Origin: Anaeramoeba ignava BMAN
Taxonomy: Eukaryota; Protista; Anaeramoebae
NCBI GenBank assembly: GCA_028826165.1
Contig: JAPDFW010000092.1
Coordinates: forward strand, 930,001-994,000
Length of the DNA stretch: 64,000 bases
Direction: 5' to 3'
Below the pieces are notes generated by a model. The model was not told where the DNA came from. It did not search any database and saw nothing but the letters and a program-made list of their open reading frames with translations. Of the stretch, positions 26,920 through 39,700 are shown in pieces. Numbering within the stretch: the stretch's first letter is position 1; each line of letters opens with the position of its first letter. Made by a program: the position numbers and the translations under genes.

Positions 26920-29900
26920 TTAATTCTGATTTTGATTTAGATTTAGGTTTTCAAGAAAAATTGAAAACGCTTTTTGATAACAATGAATTAACTTGAAACA
27001 TGATTCTCTACTTTGCATCTTGCAAAATATCATTTTATCTAAAGCAACCAAAAGCTGAACAATAGGTTTTGATTTATGATGAGAAACTTTGGAACTCATT
27101 TCCATTGAATATTGATAAATTTTTAAATCTCTTGATACAATAATAAATCCTGAAGATTCAATTTGCAAATTTGCCTCTTTTTTAACTTGATTTTCATCAA
27201 AACTTTTGAGGATTGTGATCCTAAAAAAATTACGGAATTGATTATAATTCTCAAGAAACTTTTTACGATTTCCTTGAGATGAAGTAAATGAAACAAGTGA
27301 TGATTGATCCGAAATGGTAATGATTCCATTTGTTGATTCAATTATATTTAAATTTGGATCTAAAGTATCAAATTTGTTGATGATGTTGTTTTGCGAAATT
27401 AAAACGATATCGAATTGATTGTATTCAAGAATCCCTTCTTGATTTTCTGAATTTTCTTGGAATTGGATATCAAATTTATTTGTGGAAATGGAAAAAATAT
27501 GATCATTTTCATTTGGTGGATTTTTTTCATAATTTGGATCTATTATTTGGTTTTTTTCTTCATCATCTTCTTCTAATTTGAACCGAAGAGAACGTTTTCT
27601 CTTTAATTTAGGTGTTGAATTTTGTGATGTTTCCGGACTCAAATTATCATCAACAGATTCCAAAAAAGACATTGTTCCTTCTCTTTTCATTTTTGGTTTT
27701 GATTTTGATTCGAATTTTTCTTGGTCAATATATAATTTTTTTGTGCGATGCTTTTTTTTGCGAAGATACTCTTTCTTCAAAATCAATAATTTCTGGAGCA
27801 GTAGTGTTGTATTTTTGGGTTTTGAGCATGTAATGATTGCTGACTGATTTTTGAGTATTTGAGAATTTGGAAGTTTGATTTCCAATTTTTGTGAATCTTG
27901 ATCAAAAGATCCAAATTCAAGAAGATCATAGGGTATATCCATGCTTTTGTGCGAAAATTTGATTGCAAAAGAGTCTGTTTTTGTTTCCACTTTGCTTGAG
28001 AATATTCTCTCATTTTGTGTGATTGTGGTTTTCAATGTTTGTGGGATTGAAACAATGTCTTTCACTTGATTTAACAAATTGAATGCTCTGTTCGTTTCTG
28101 ATTCATTTGGAAATATAAAATTGAAAGTGCTGTGATCCTGGGAAACCTCTATCGAATACTTCTCATCTCCTTTTCTTTTCAACTTGATGTTTTTCTTGAT
28201 TCGCAATGAAACCAAATTTTCGTGTTCAGAATTAACACGAAGTAAATTTCCTTTGAATATTAACTGAACTGCAGATGAATTCTTGGCTTTTGAATCTCGG
28301 AAAAGAGGGAAAAATGTTGAGTAAATCCTCATTTTGTCAATATCATTCTCTTCTTCAAAAAAATCCATCAAAAATTTGGATTTTTCACTTTCTTTTGAAG
28401 GAAATTTTTCTTTTGCTAATGAAAACTTTGTTGTGAATTGGATCCTTGATTCTTTGTTTGCGAATTCAACAACAAATTCCTTGTTTTTCATGTTGTTTAT
28501 TATTTTAAGTTGCTTTTCTTTTGGTGAATCGAATGGGAAGATATTTGTATTGCTAATTTTAAAAATGTTTTGATTCTCAATTTGAATTTGATTTAAATCC
28601 ATGTCTTTTGGATAAGATAGCATCAATTCTTCTGTTGATAATGCTAGTAAACATGGAGATTTAATCCCAGTTAGGGAATTGACATTATATTTCGTTAGTG
28701 TTGGTGAAGAAAAGAAAACTTCATTCATTTGCACTTCATTTACTCTTAAATTTTCCTCGAAATATTGGAAATTTTCAAGTTCATTTTGAAATTTTAGGAA
28801 GATTTCTCTGTTTTGGAATTTAATTTGAAGATTTTTAATTTCTTCATTACTATTATCCTTGCATTCAATAATACAAGAATTAGCTGATTTCCCAATTGAA
28901 AATATTTTGATTAAAAACACATTTGGAATTAATGATTTTTCTTCAAAAATAAGAATAGTTTTCCCAGTCAAAATCATAATTTGAGAGACTTGAACATCCT
29001 CTATGGAACCAATATCAACTTTCAGTGGAACAAACACATGCTCATTTCTGTATTCTTCCTGTTGAAAAATTTTGTGCATCATTCTGTATTGCAAAAAATT
29101 TGTTTGTCTTTCTTTGAATTTTGAAACGAATAAATGAGCCATTTTGGAGATTGTGAAATCAATTTCCATTTGGTATTTTCCTTCAAAATCAAGCTTGACT
29201 GTTGTTGCTGTTTTTTTTGAACTTGAAACATAAATATCAATGCAACTTGAATATTCAAGTGATTTTTCAGATGTTGAATGAAGAACATGAGGGAAAAATG
29301 CTGCTTTGTATCTCATTTCCTGCTCTGGATTGTTTTCTTCTTGAATAGATGATTTGATGACTGTTTCTTCGTTTACTAATGGATGAGTTAATGTGTAACT
29401 CTTGAGTGTCATTTTGTCGCACTCAAGAATTATCTGTCCTGAAAATTGTTCGTTTGAAGTTTTTCCATAAAAAAGGCAATCAAAAAATATTGGTTTGTTT
29501 TGCTTAAACCAGGAATAAAGAAACAACGAGGAATATTTCCGTTTTTTGTGGAAATGCAAAAGAAATCCGTTTTGCATTTCTTGTGTTGGAAATTGGATAT
29601 CAAAGAAATCATATTCATCAATAAAAAATCTGCATTCAAGAGGATTTTGAGGAAATAACTGCGAATATAAACTATATTTTCTTGTGATGAGATAACTGGG
29701 TGTTTGTATTGTGAAATGAACCTGATATAGCTCGATTTCAGATCCAAAGGCCACAGATCCAAATGAATCAAGGATATTGACATTATACTTTGTTTTCACT
29801 TGATATATCATTGTGTTGTAATTGGGAAGACTTGAATCCTGAATTTGTTCTCCATCCTCCACAAAGAATTGAGTTTTAGGCATTACAAATGGTGTGAAAT

Positions 29901-31542
29901 AATTTTTGGAAATTTGTTTTTTTGTTGGTGTTATCACAAAAACAAAGTTTAATCTCTTTAATTGGACTTTCTTCACTTTTTGGAAGTGATACATTTTTTT
30001 AAATACAATGAACGAATTGATCAGTAAATCTCGACTATTTACATCATTCATTTCAAGAACATATATTAATTTTGGATTTGCATAAAAGGCTAATCTTGTC
30101 AATTTGATTGTGTGAACAAGAAGCATTTGCTCCTCTTCTTCATATTCGAAAATTTCTTCTTTATTTGGTTTTATTTTGATTCGCATATTTTTTAATCGGA
30201 ATTCAATTTTCCCTTTTTCAAACGAATTTCCTATTTTGAATTGAGTTTCAAAAACAGCTTTATTTTTGGAAATGAATTGATGTATTTTTTCGTTTATTTG
30301 ATCTTTTATTTGATCGTTAATTGAAATGTAAGATGAATCAAGTCGGAAATTGCTTGATAAGTTTGTTATTGGTTGTTTTTGAATGTATTTTGGTTTTCCA
30401 TTTTTGGAAAATTGTGTGAATAAAATAAAGTTTGAGAAATCAAGAGATTGAAATGCAGATTGAAAAATTTGTTCTTGAAATGAAGAAATAACACTTGATC
30501 TTCTTCTTCCTAGAGAATATTCTTGTAATTTTTTATTTGGGAGATGATCAATTTTTTCAATTTTTTCAATTTTTTCAATTTTTTCAATTTTTTCAATTTT
30601 TTCAATTTTTTCAATTTTTTCAATTTTATTATTTTTATCATTTTTATCATTTTTATTATTTTTATTATTTTTATCATTTTTATTATTTTTATCATTATTA
30701 TTATTGTTATTATCATTATTATTATTATTATCATTATTATCATTATTATCATTATTATCATTATTATTATTATTATCATTATTATCATTATTATTATTAT
30801 TATTTTGATTATTATTTTGATTATTTTGATTATTATTTTGATTATTATCATTTTGATTATTATTATTTTGATTATTATTATTATTATTTTGATTATCATT
30901 ATTTTGATTATTATTATTTTCATTATTATTATTTTCATTATTATTTTCATTATCATTTTCATTATCATTTTCATTATAATCTGTAATGTTTCTTCTAATT
31001 TGTAAAAATTCTTTAAATAATTCATAAAGTATCTTTGATCCATATGTTGAATAAAAGTGAAACAAACAAACATTCTTATTCAAAAAATTCAAACTAAATA
31101 AGTAAATATATCTCGAAATTTTTTGAGATTTTCCATTTTGAAAAAAATCTTGACAAATCAATCTTTTTTGAAATAGAAAAGATCTTAGAATAAATGAAAT
31201 GAGAGTAGATTGAATTAAATATTGCTTTAAATTATAATTTCTAATTTTTGATTGATTTATTTTTTGAAGTATTGATTTTAACAAAAAACAAATTTTAATT
31301 GAAGAATTTTTTTGTTTTTTTTCTAAATCTTGAGTTAAATTAATAAATAAAAAATAATCTTTCTTGTATTTGGAATTATTTTTAAATTGGAAATTAAAAG
31401 AATTCTGATAAATAGAAGTTAAATTAAGTTCAAAACTGTTTTTGTTTTTTTAGTTAAAAGAAAAAAATAATTATTTTTTGAATAAATTAAATAATCGTTA
31501 TTATTTTTATTTTTATTAAACAAACTTTGTTAATAATTTCAT
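26920..31542 (-). CDS. Large uncharacterised protein with tandem PH-like (SCAB-PH-like) domains and poly-N/(KIE)n inserts
   Basis: The 1454-aa ORF stays open upstream to an acceptor at ~31437; a short first exon MKLLT from ATG 31542 fits in phase. Repeated ~85-aa beta-rich units end in an F.(N/S)..(E/S)R..F...F helix. Clear similarity to the neighbouring gene. Confidence 0.7.
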
Positions 31543-31648
31543 ATTTTTATTGTTTTTGTTTTTGTTTTTTAAAAAGAAAAAAGAAAAAATGAAAAAATAA
31601 AAAAATGAAAAAAATAATTTGTTTTAATTAATTTTGATTTTTAGTAAA

Positions 31649-34600
31649 TTAAAAGAAAGCAAGTTTATCCATTTGATTAGAAAGATTGTAAAATTCTTCC
31701 ATTTCATTCCAAGAATTAAATGAAATTATATAATCTTGATGATTTGAAGTAATTTTTAACCAAAGTTTTTGAGAAGGATATTTGTGAATAAAAAAATCAG
31801 AAGAAATATTAAATTTTTGATATTTGTTATTAAAAATTAAAGTGATGCATTGACAATTAAATATTAATTGAGCATCAGTTGAATTGAATTGATTTTGATT
31901 TTGATTTTGATTTTGATTTTGATTTTGATTTTGATTTTCATTTTGATTTTCATTTTGATTTTGATTTTGATTTTTATTTTCATTTTCATTTTCATTTTCA
32001 TTTTGATTTTGATTTTGATTTTCTTTATTTTCTTCATTTTGATTTTGATTTTGATTTTGATTTTCATTTTGATTTTTATTTTCATTTTCATTTTGATTTT
32101 GATTTTGATTTTCTTTATTTTCTTCATTTTCTTCATTTTCATTTAAAATTTCGTTTAAATTTTGAATTTTAATTTTCCATGATTTTTCATGATTTTTTTC
32201 AATATTTGAAATACAATTTAAAAATATTTTCGCACGTTCTTCTGAAGAAAAATTAACAATAAATTTTTGATGATTTGAAATCAAAATTATAACAAAAGCG
32301 GGATTAGTAAAATATTGAGAAAATTCAACTTGAGAAAAGGGAACAACCGAAGTTACAGAAGAAGTTGAAATTTGGAAGTTTGTTTTATTAAACAAAATTA
32401 AACATTGTTGATTTTTCTGTGTAGATTCAATATAAATTGAGGCAAAAACTTGATTTGTTTCAGGATCTTCCATTGAAAGTTCAGGAAGATTTGATTCATT
32501 CATTTCGATGAGATTTGAATCTAATTGGAAAAGGGATTTTTCGTGTATTGTAACATGAGATTTCGAAGTTTCTTCTTCCAGTTTATTGAAATGAGTAAAT
32601 TTATTTTCTTCAATTGATTCAATTTCAATCCTATATTTCATAACTTTAAAAAGTTGATAAAATTGGTCTCTTAATGCGAATGAAGGGAATTTAACTAAAT
32701 ATTTTTGTGTTGATTCAGACGATGTGAACAAACAGAATAGTTTGTTCTTTTTAGGATAAGATATATCTATATTAGCAATAGCCCAAGAATTTTCAAAATC
32801 AAAAAGGAAGACTAATTGATGATTTGAAAAACTAATTTTGCCATCAACAAATTGATTTTTTTTTGATTTGAAAAGAGAGAGCTTATATTCCTCCTTAGGA
32901 GAGATTGCTGTGTAATGTGCGCGCGAAGGTTGAATGCCACTCATTACTTGATATTTATTGTATTTGCTGGAAAATTCTTTGCGCGAAGAAATCAAAGGAA
33001 ATTCAATAATGATTGAATTTTTATTCATGAAAATGATTGTGAGAAAAGTATCCATATCTTGATGACGAGAAATAGATTGATTTAAGGGAAAGGACCTGGC
33101 AAATCCCGAGGATGTGATGAAGGATATTCTTTGAGGAGAAAGATAAATCTTGCCGTCGACAAAATGGGTTTTTTCTGAGTCCATAAACCTCACTGTGAAA
33201 ATATCCACCGGAAGTCCAAGTGTTTGTGAAACAGCACGATCACGTTTTGTTTGAAATTCGTTCTCGAATCTCTTTGCGTCAATATCGTTTAAAAAGCGGA
33301 ATGATAATTGGAATGATTTGTTGATGAGAAGAGATGTGATCTGTTGATTGCGATGGAAATTTGTTTGGATTTGTGGGATGTATTCTTGAGCGAAATTTAC
33401 ATTTTTAGTGATTATTTGGAAGTAATCTGAAGCAAGCATAATCTCTGCATTGTGGATTCCAGATGATGTTAGTATTGAGCATGAATAGAAAGTTGGATCA
33501 GTGATTGTTTTTTGGATGTTCAATCTTCGTTTAGTTTGGAAATCGGATAAAAAAACTTTTTTGGTTTCTTCATTTGGAAACGCAAAAAGAATATAATAGT
33601 ATTCATCTGTATTAAATCGAGCAATCAATTTGTCGTCGTAATCTTGGAATATATTTGAATATGGGCTGTATTTTCTAAGAATTGTTTTGTCTTTAAATTC
33701 AATTTCAAAATGATCATTTGCGAGTGTTATGTTAATTGTTCCGGAATATTCTCTGAAGGAGTTTAGCAGACAAAGATTAACTGTTGATCCAGATGATTCG
33801 GGGAGTGACTGATGCTGGAAATCTGTTGAAGAAAGTGTCAAACTATTTACTCTTCTGAGGTTTTTTTCTGATTTTACATCACTTAGTTTAAGGTATTCAA
33901 ATAAAGTTTTTTCTTGTTGAGGAATTTTAAAAAGTGTATCTTCAACTCCTTCATCTGGGTATTCTCCTCCGTCGATAAACAAAAACTGTAATGGGTGATA
34001 TAAATCAGTTTCTTTCTCAAAATTTGTGTTTCTTGAAAAAGATATAAATGTGTTCAAAATGATATTGCGCTCAAATGGCTTTTCAACATAACAAAACACA
34101 TTGTGGAATTGATTGATTTGGAATGTGAAATAGTTTCCGTTTATTGGATGCAAGAAAATTCTTTGCTCTTCAGAATAGGGAACGGACACAATGACTTTTT
34201 TCTCGCTTATTAATTCGATGGAATATTTTGTTAAATGAAGCTTTGCTTTTTCCTGAGTTTTTTCTCCAATTATTTCAATATTGAACTTTGCTCCTTTTTT
34301 TCGTTTCCAAAATTTTTGTGTCTTTTTGTATTTTTTGTATGAATTTGGCATCCTTTCTTATTGAAAACAATGGGAAATGATGAGAATAAGTGTTTGTTCT
34401 GTATTGAATAATTTTTGGAGATCCAGAAATGATATCAAATTGAGCAGTAAATTGGTTTTGATGCTGAGAACGTGGGAAAATTTCTCTTTTCAAAAGAAAT
34501 TCTTGAATGCTTTCTATTGCTTCTATAGAAGCTGTTGGTTCATGATTGTCACCGATGAATTTTATAAATGGTGCTCCGTTTTCTTCAGGGATTAATGATT

Positions 34601-36424
34601 TGTAGATATCCTCTTGAATTGGCTCTACATCAATCATATTTTCATTTCCTTGATTTTTGATACTCGTTAAAATACTGCTGAAAGCAATTAAAGTTTTGTA
34701 GACAAACAACATTTGCGCCGGTGAATTCAATTGAATTAAAATGCATTTATTTTCTTTTTCATTTTCTTTTTCTTTTTCATTTGAATATGTTTTTTCTTTA
34801 ATTTCAAGTTTAATGATATTCTTTGTTGAATTCATTGAGATTTTAATGGATATTAATTCCCATTCATATAAAATGGGTTCTTCGTTCAAAGAGTTGATTG
34901 AGAAGGTTTTTGGTTTGATATTAAGCAAAGCATGCTTTGTATTTGATTTGGATTCAATAATATAAACAGGAATTGTGCTTTCTTTTTTAAGCCAACAACG
35001 AAGAGAAAGTGCATCAGTTTCTTCGTTTTCTCCGAGAATATTCCCATAAATTTCATTTGATTCAATAAAATTTCCATTATAAAATTGGAATAATGAAAAA
35101 GTTTTCCAAATTAAATAGCATTCAGCCTCGTTTTTTGTTTTAATAACGAAAGATAAATTGGGGTTTATTTGAAGCATCAATAATAATGGGTTTGCTGAAT
35201 TTAAAAATATTTTCATCTGCGGTGGATAGTTATAATTTTTAGTTAACATAGCATTTCCATAAAAAATCAAACGGAATTCATCTGTATTTAATATAAACGT
35301 CAGTGGATTTAGTATTCCGTTTTTATTTAATTCAAATACATGGAACGTTGCTTTTCCAACCCCAAACAATCTTATTGCAATTGTCCCAATATTTTTATAA
35401 GCTTCTTTTTGAATGTTTTTCAAATCAGAAACTGATATTTTTTGAGAAGGTTGATTTGTATTCATGTAATTTTTCATTTCGTTAAATGAATCTTTTACAA
35501 AATTTGTATCTTTTTTCCATAAATTTTGATTTGTTTTCTTATCAGAAAATAGATTTAATTTTAGATTTAATCTGTAATTTGATTTTGGGATGAATCTAAA
35601 TGATTGATTTGATTTTTGATTTGAATTTTGATTTGAATTTTGATTTGATTTTTGATTTGAATTTTGATTTGAATTTTGATTTGATTTTTGATTTGAATTT
35701 TGATTTGAATTTTGATTTGAATTTTGATTTGAATTTTGATTTGATTTTTGATTTGAATTTTGATTTGAATTTTGATTTGAATTTTGATTTGATTTTTGAT
35801 TTGAATTTTGATTTGAATTTTGATTTAATTTTTGATTTGAATTTTGATTTGAATTTTGAATTGATTTTTGATTTGATTTTTGAATTGAATTTTGATTTGA
35901 TTGTTTTAATAAATTTGAATTCATAATTTTATCTCCTTCTTTAATTGGTGTTAATAAAATATTTGGACTTAATTTCTTTTTTTTATTTTTTGTTGAATTA
36001 TTAGGAATTCTTTCTTGGATTTCATTTAATTTTTCTATAATTAAAGGAAGATCTTCTATTTTTTTTGATTTTAATAAATTTTCTGGAACTCCAATTTTGC
36101 TACATTTATCAAGAAAATCTTGAAAAGTTTCATTTTGTTTTCTATTTAAAATAATTTATTGATTGGAATTAATTGAAATTTTTTAAATATAAAAAAATTA
36201 TTTCAAGTTTTAAAAATTAAAAAAAAAATTTTTTTAAATTAAAAAAAAAAAATCACAAACTTATCATTTAAAGAATTAAAATTTGGGAATCCTTTTTCTA
36301 AAGCTTTTAACAAAAATATTAACAAATTTTGTTCTGTAATTTTTATTTCTTCATTTTCTTGTTCTTTTTCTTCATTTAATATTGATAAAATCCAACTAGA
36401 AACATTTTTATTTATTTTATTCAT
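31649..36424 (-). CDS. Uncharacterised protein: N-terminal calponin-homology-like domain, NQ-rich insert, tandem SCAB-PH-like domains; ORFs 36239-36424, 34275-35924 and 31649-34351 are probably one gene
   Basis: GT-AG intron ~36142-36260 joins VSSWILSIL... to FQDFLDKCSKIGVPENLL...DL (CH-like) and runs in frame into the 549-aa ORF; removing one base from the A7 run near 34297 joins it to the 900-aa ORF. Confidence 0.65.
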
Positions 36425-36717
36425 TTTTTTTTTGTAATTAAAAAAAAAAAGAAAAAAATGAAAAGGTTTTTTAAAAAAAAATTTTTTTTTCTTCTTTTTT
36501 TTTTTGATTTAAATTAATTCTGTCAAAAAAATCTTTTCTTCTTCTTCTTTTTTCTTCATTTTTTTTTCTTTTTCTTTCTAAAAAAAAGAAAATTTGGAAA
36601 AAATTCTAATTTAATTCTTTTTAAAAAAAAAAAATGATCAAAGAAAAGATCAAAAAAAAAAAAGAAAAAAGATCAATTTAATTTTTAAAAAAAAAAGATT
36701 ATTATTTTGTTTTAAAT

Positions 36718-39700
36718 TTAATTCCTTTTTGTTTTTTCTTCATGAATTAATTGAGCTGGATATTTTCTTTTCATTTTAGAAGAAAGAAAAACGGTACAAA
36801 TTATAATAAGTTCTTTTGATTTTATTCTAATTCCTTGATCTAATAATCTTTGAATCATTAATTCTTTATCTTTTTTGTAATAATTTTTTTCTCTTTGATT
36901 ACATTTTTCTTTATAGATTTTTCTTTTATTATTTGCTTTAATTGTATGATTTCCATCTGTAAATGAAATGATTGTTCCTCTTCTGAAATAATTATCAAAT
37001 ATAATGCATCTGAAATTAAATGATTGAAAATGTGAAGCAAATTGATTTAAATTTTGCGAATTTGGTTTGTTGATTGAAATTAATATTTTTTCTTTATGAA
37101 TTGAAAATGGAGAATCAAAGAATAAATTTTTTGAAACTGAAATTTGGGCAGAAACTTTTCCATTAAAAGCATTAAAACTTGGATAAAAAATTAATGGAAG
37201 ATTAGCTTTTGGATTTGAATTTAAATTTTCATTTGAATTTAAATTTTCATTTGATTTTAATTTTTCTTGATTTAATTTTTCTTGATTTAATTTTTCTTGA
37301 TTTAAATTTAAATTTGATTTTTCTTCATTTGAATTTAAATTTGATTTTTCTTCATTTGAATTTGAATTTGAATTTTTTTTCTTCATTTGAATTTAAATTT
37401 GATTTTTCTTCATTTGATATGAATTTAAATTTGATTTTTCTTGATATGAATTTAAATTTGATTTTTCTTCATTTGAATTTAAATTTGATTCGTTCATTGC
37501 TGTAAAATAATATCTGTTTATTACTTCATCAATATCTCCAAAATCTTCTTTTTTTGTATCCGAATTACAAGTGAATAAAATATTTTGAACTGATTTTGTA
37601 AATCGATCAAAAAACAACATTGTTGATAATCTTGATTGAGTATCACATTGAATTTGTGTTTGTGTCCATTCTTCTTTTGAGACATTTCTTGCTGTTTTAA
37701 TTATTTTTTCAACATCCAAAAAAGGAATCAAAACAATTCCAGTTAAAAAATAGATATCTAGCTCTTTATCAATTAGATATTCTGTTGGATAAAATTCAAA
37801 TATTGGTGATTCCGAATTTGTTGTTAATTCCGCAAAATTTTTGGGAAGTAAATTTGAATCTGAAGGATGTGTAACAATTAATAAATTTTCAATTGGAGAA
37901 ACAGGAATATCTTGTTGAAGTGCGTTTGCTGTGGAAATTTTCGATAATTCTTTCAAATCTGTTATATCTGGTGAATAGTAGCATTTATAATACCAATTCC
38001 ATGAAAATTGATTTCCATGATAATAATTTAAAATCCAAATTAATCCTTCATAATAATTCATACACATTTTTCTTACAATTCCAATATGATAAATTCCAAA
38101 TATTTTTTTATAGTAATCTTTTTTCCAATTCATATGTTTGTTTTGATATTCTTTTTCTTTTTCTCTTTTTTTTATTTCTTTTTCTTTTTGTTTTTCTTGT
38201 TTTATTTTCATTTCTTTTTCTTTTTCAATATTAGAAGATTCAAGTAATTTTAAATATAAGAATTTGTTTTGTGAAAATTGTTGTGGAAATTTATCTCTTG
38301 TATCTGGTCTTGTTTTTTTCTTACGATTTCTTTTCTTACGAATTTGCTTTTGATTTTGATTTTGCTTTTGATTTTCATTTTCAATTTGATTTTGATTTTC
38401 AATTTCATTTTGATTTTCAATTTGATTTTCAATTTGATTTTCATTTTGATTTTCATTTTGATTTTCATTTTGATTTTCATTTTGATTTTCATTTTCATTT
38501 TGATTTTCATTTTCATTTTCAATTTGATTTTCATTTTCATTTTCATTTTCATTTTCATTTTGATTTTCATTTTCATTTTGATTTTCATTTTGATTTTCAT
38601 TTTTATTTTCATTTTCATCTTGTTTAAATTCCTCAATGTTATAAAAAGGATATTTGATATTAACTTTAATTTTCTTTTTATTTGGGCATAAATGTTTTGG
38701 TTTAAATTTTTCACAAATATATTCAAGATTGCTTGTGTTAATTTCAGTTCCTTTTGTTAAATATCCTTTAATTGGAAAAATCTTTTTGTAAAATAACAAA
38801 ATTTGATTGAATATTCCATTATAAATTTTAAAATTAGGAAGAGGAGGAAGAAAATCATTTCCAAAAAATAAAGTCAAAAACACAAAATCATCAATTATTC
38901 TTGGAAGGGAATATTTTTCAAGACATTTTTGATTTGAAAGACTATTAAATTCAAGATCAAGATATTCTCTGACTAAATCTATGAACAATGTTTGGAATTT
39001 TGTTTGTGAATTTCTAAAAAATCCTTTTCTAATAATTGTGATTCCTTTTTTATGAAGAAGCAAACTAAGAAATATTAAATCTGAATCTTCAGAACAAATA
39101 CAATGAGTTTCTTCATTTGATGTATGTGATCTTATATATCGAGTAATTTTATGTTCTCCTTCTCCTGGAATATCAAATCCACTAATAACAACTTTGATTT
39201 TCTTCCATCTTGTTTGATTTAAAATTCTTTCACTTAAAAAACTTTTTAATTGATTTTCCATTTTAAACATCAATTCAGTTCCTGGTGTTAAAGCATTATG
39301 AATTTTGTTTTCATAATTCATTACTGTTGTAAATCTGGATTTTTTTTGATTTGTAAATTTAGCAGCAGGAGAAGTTCCTAAATTAATTTTATAAATAATT
39401 TTATAATTAATTTTATTAATAATTTTATAAATAATTTTATAAATAATTATATAAATAATTTTATTAATAATTTTATATTTAATTTTATTAATAATTTTAT
39501 ATTTAATTTTATAAATAATTTTATATTTAATTTTATATTTAATTTTATAAATAATTTTATAAATAATTTTATAATTAATTTTATAAATAATTTTATATTT
39601 AATTTTATAAATAATTTTATAATTAATTTTATATTTAATTTTATAATTAATTTTATAAATAATTTTATAAATAATTTTATATATAATTTTATAAATAATT

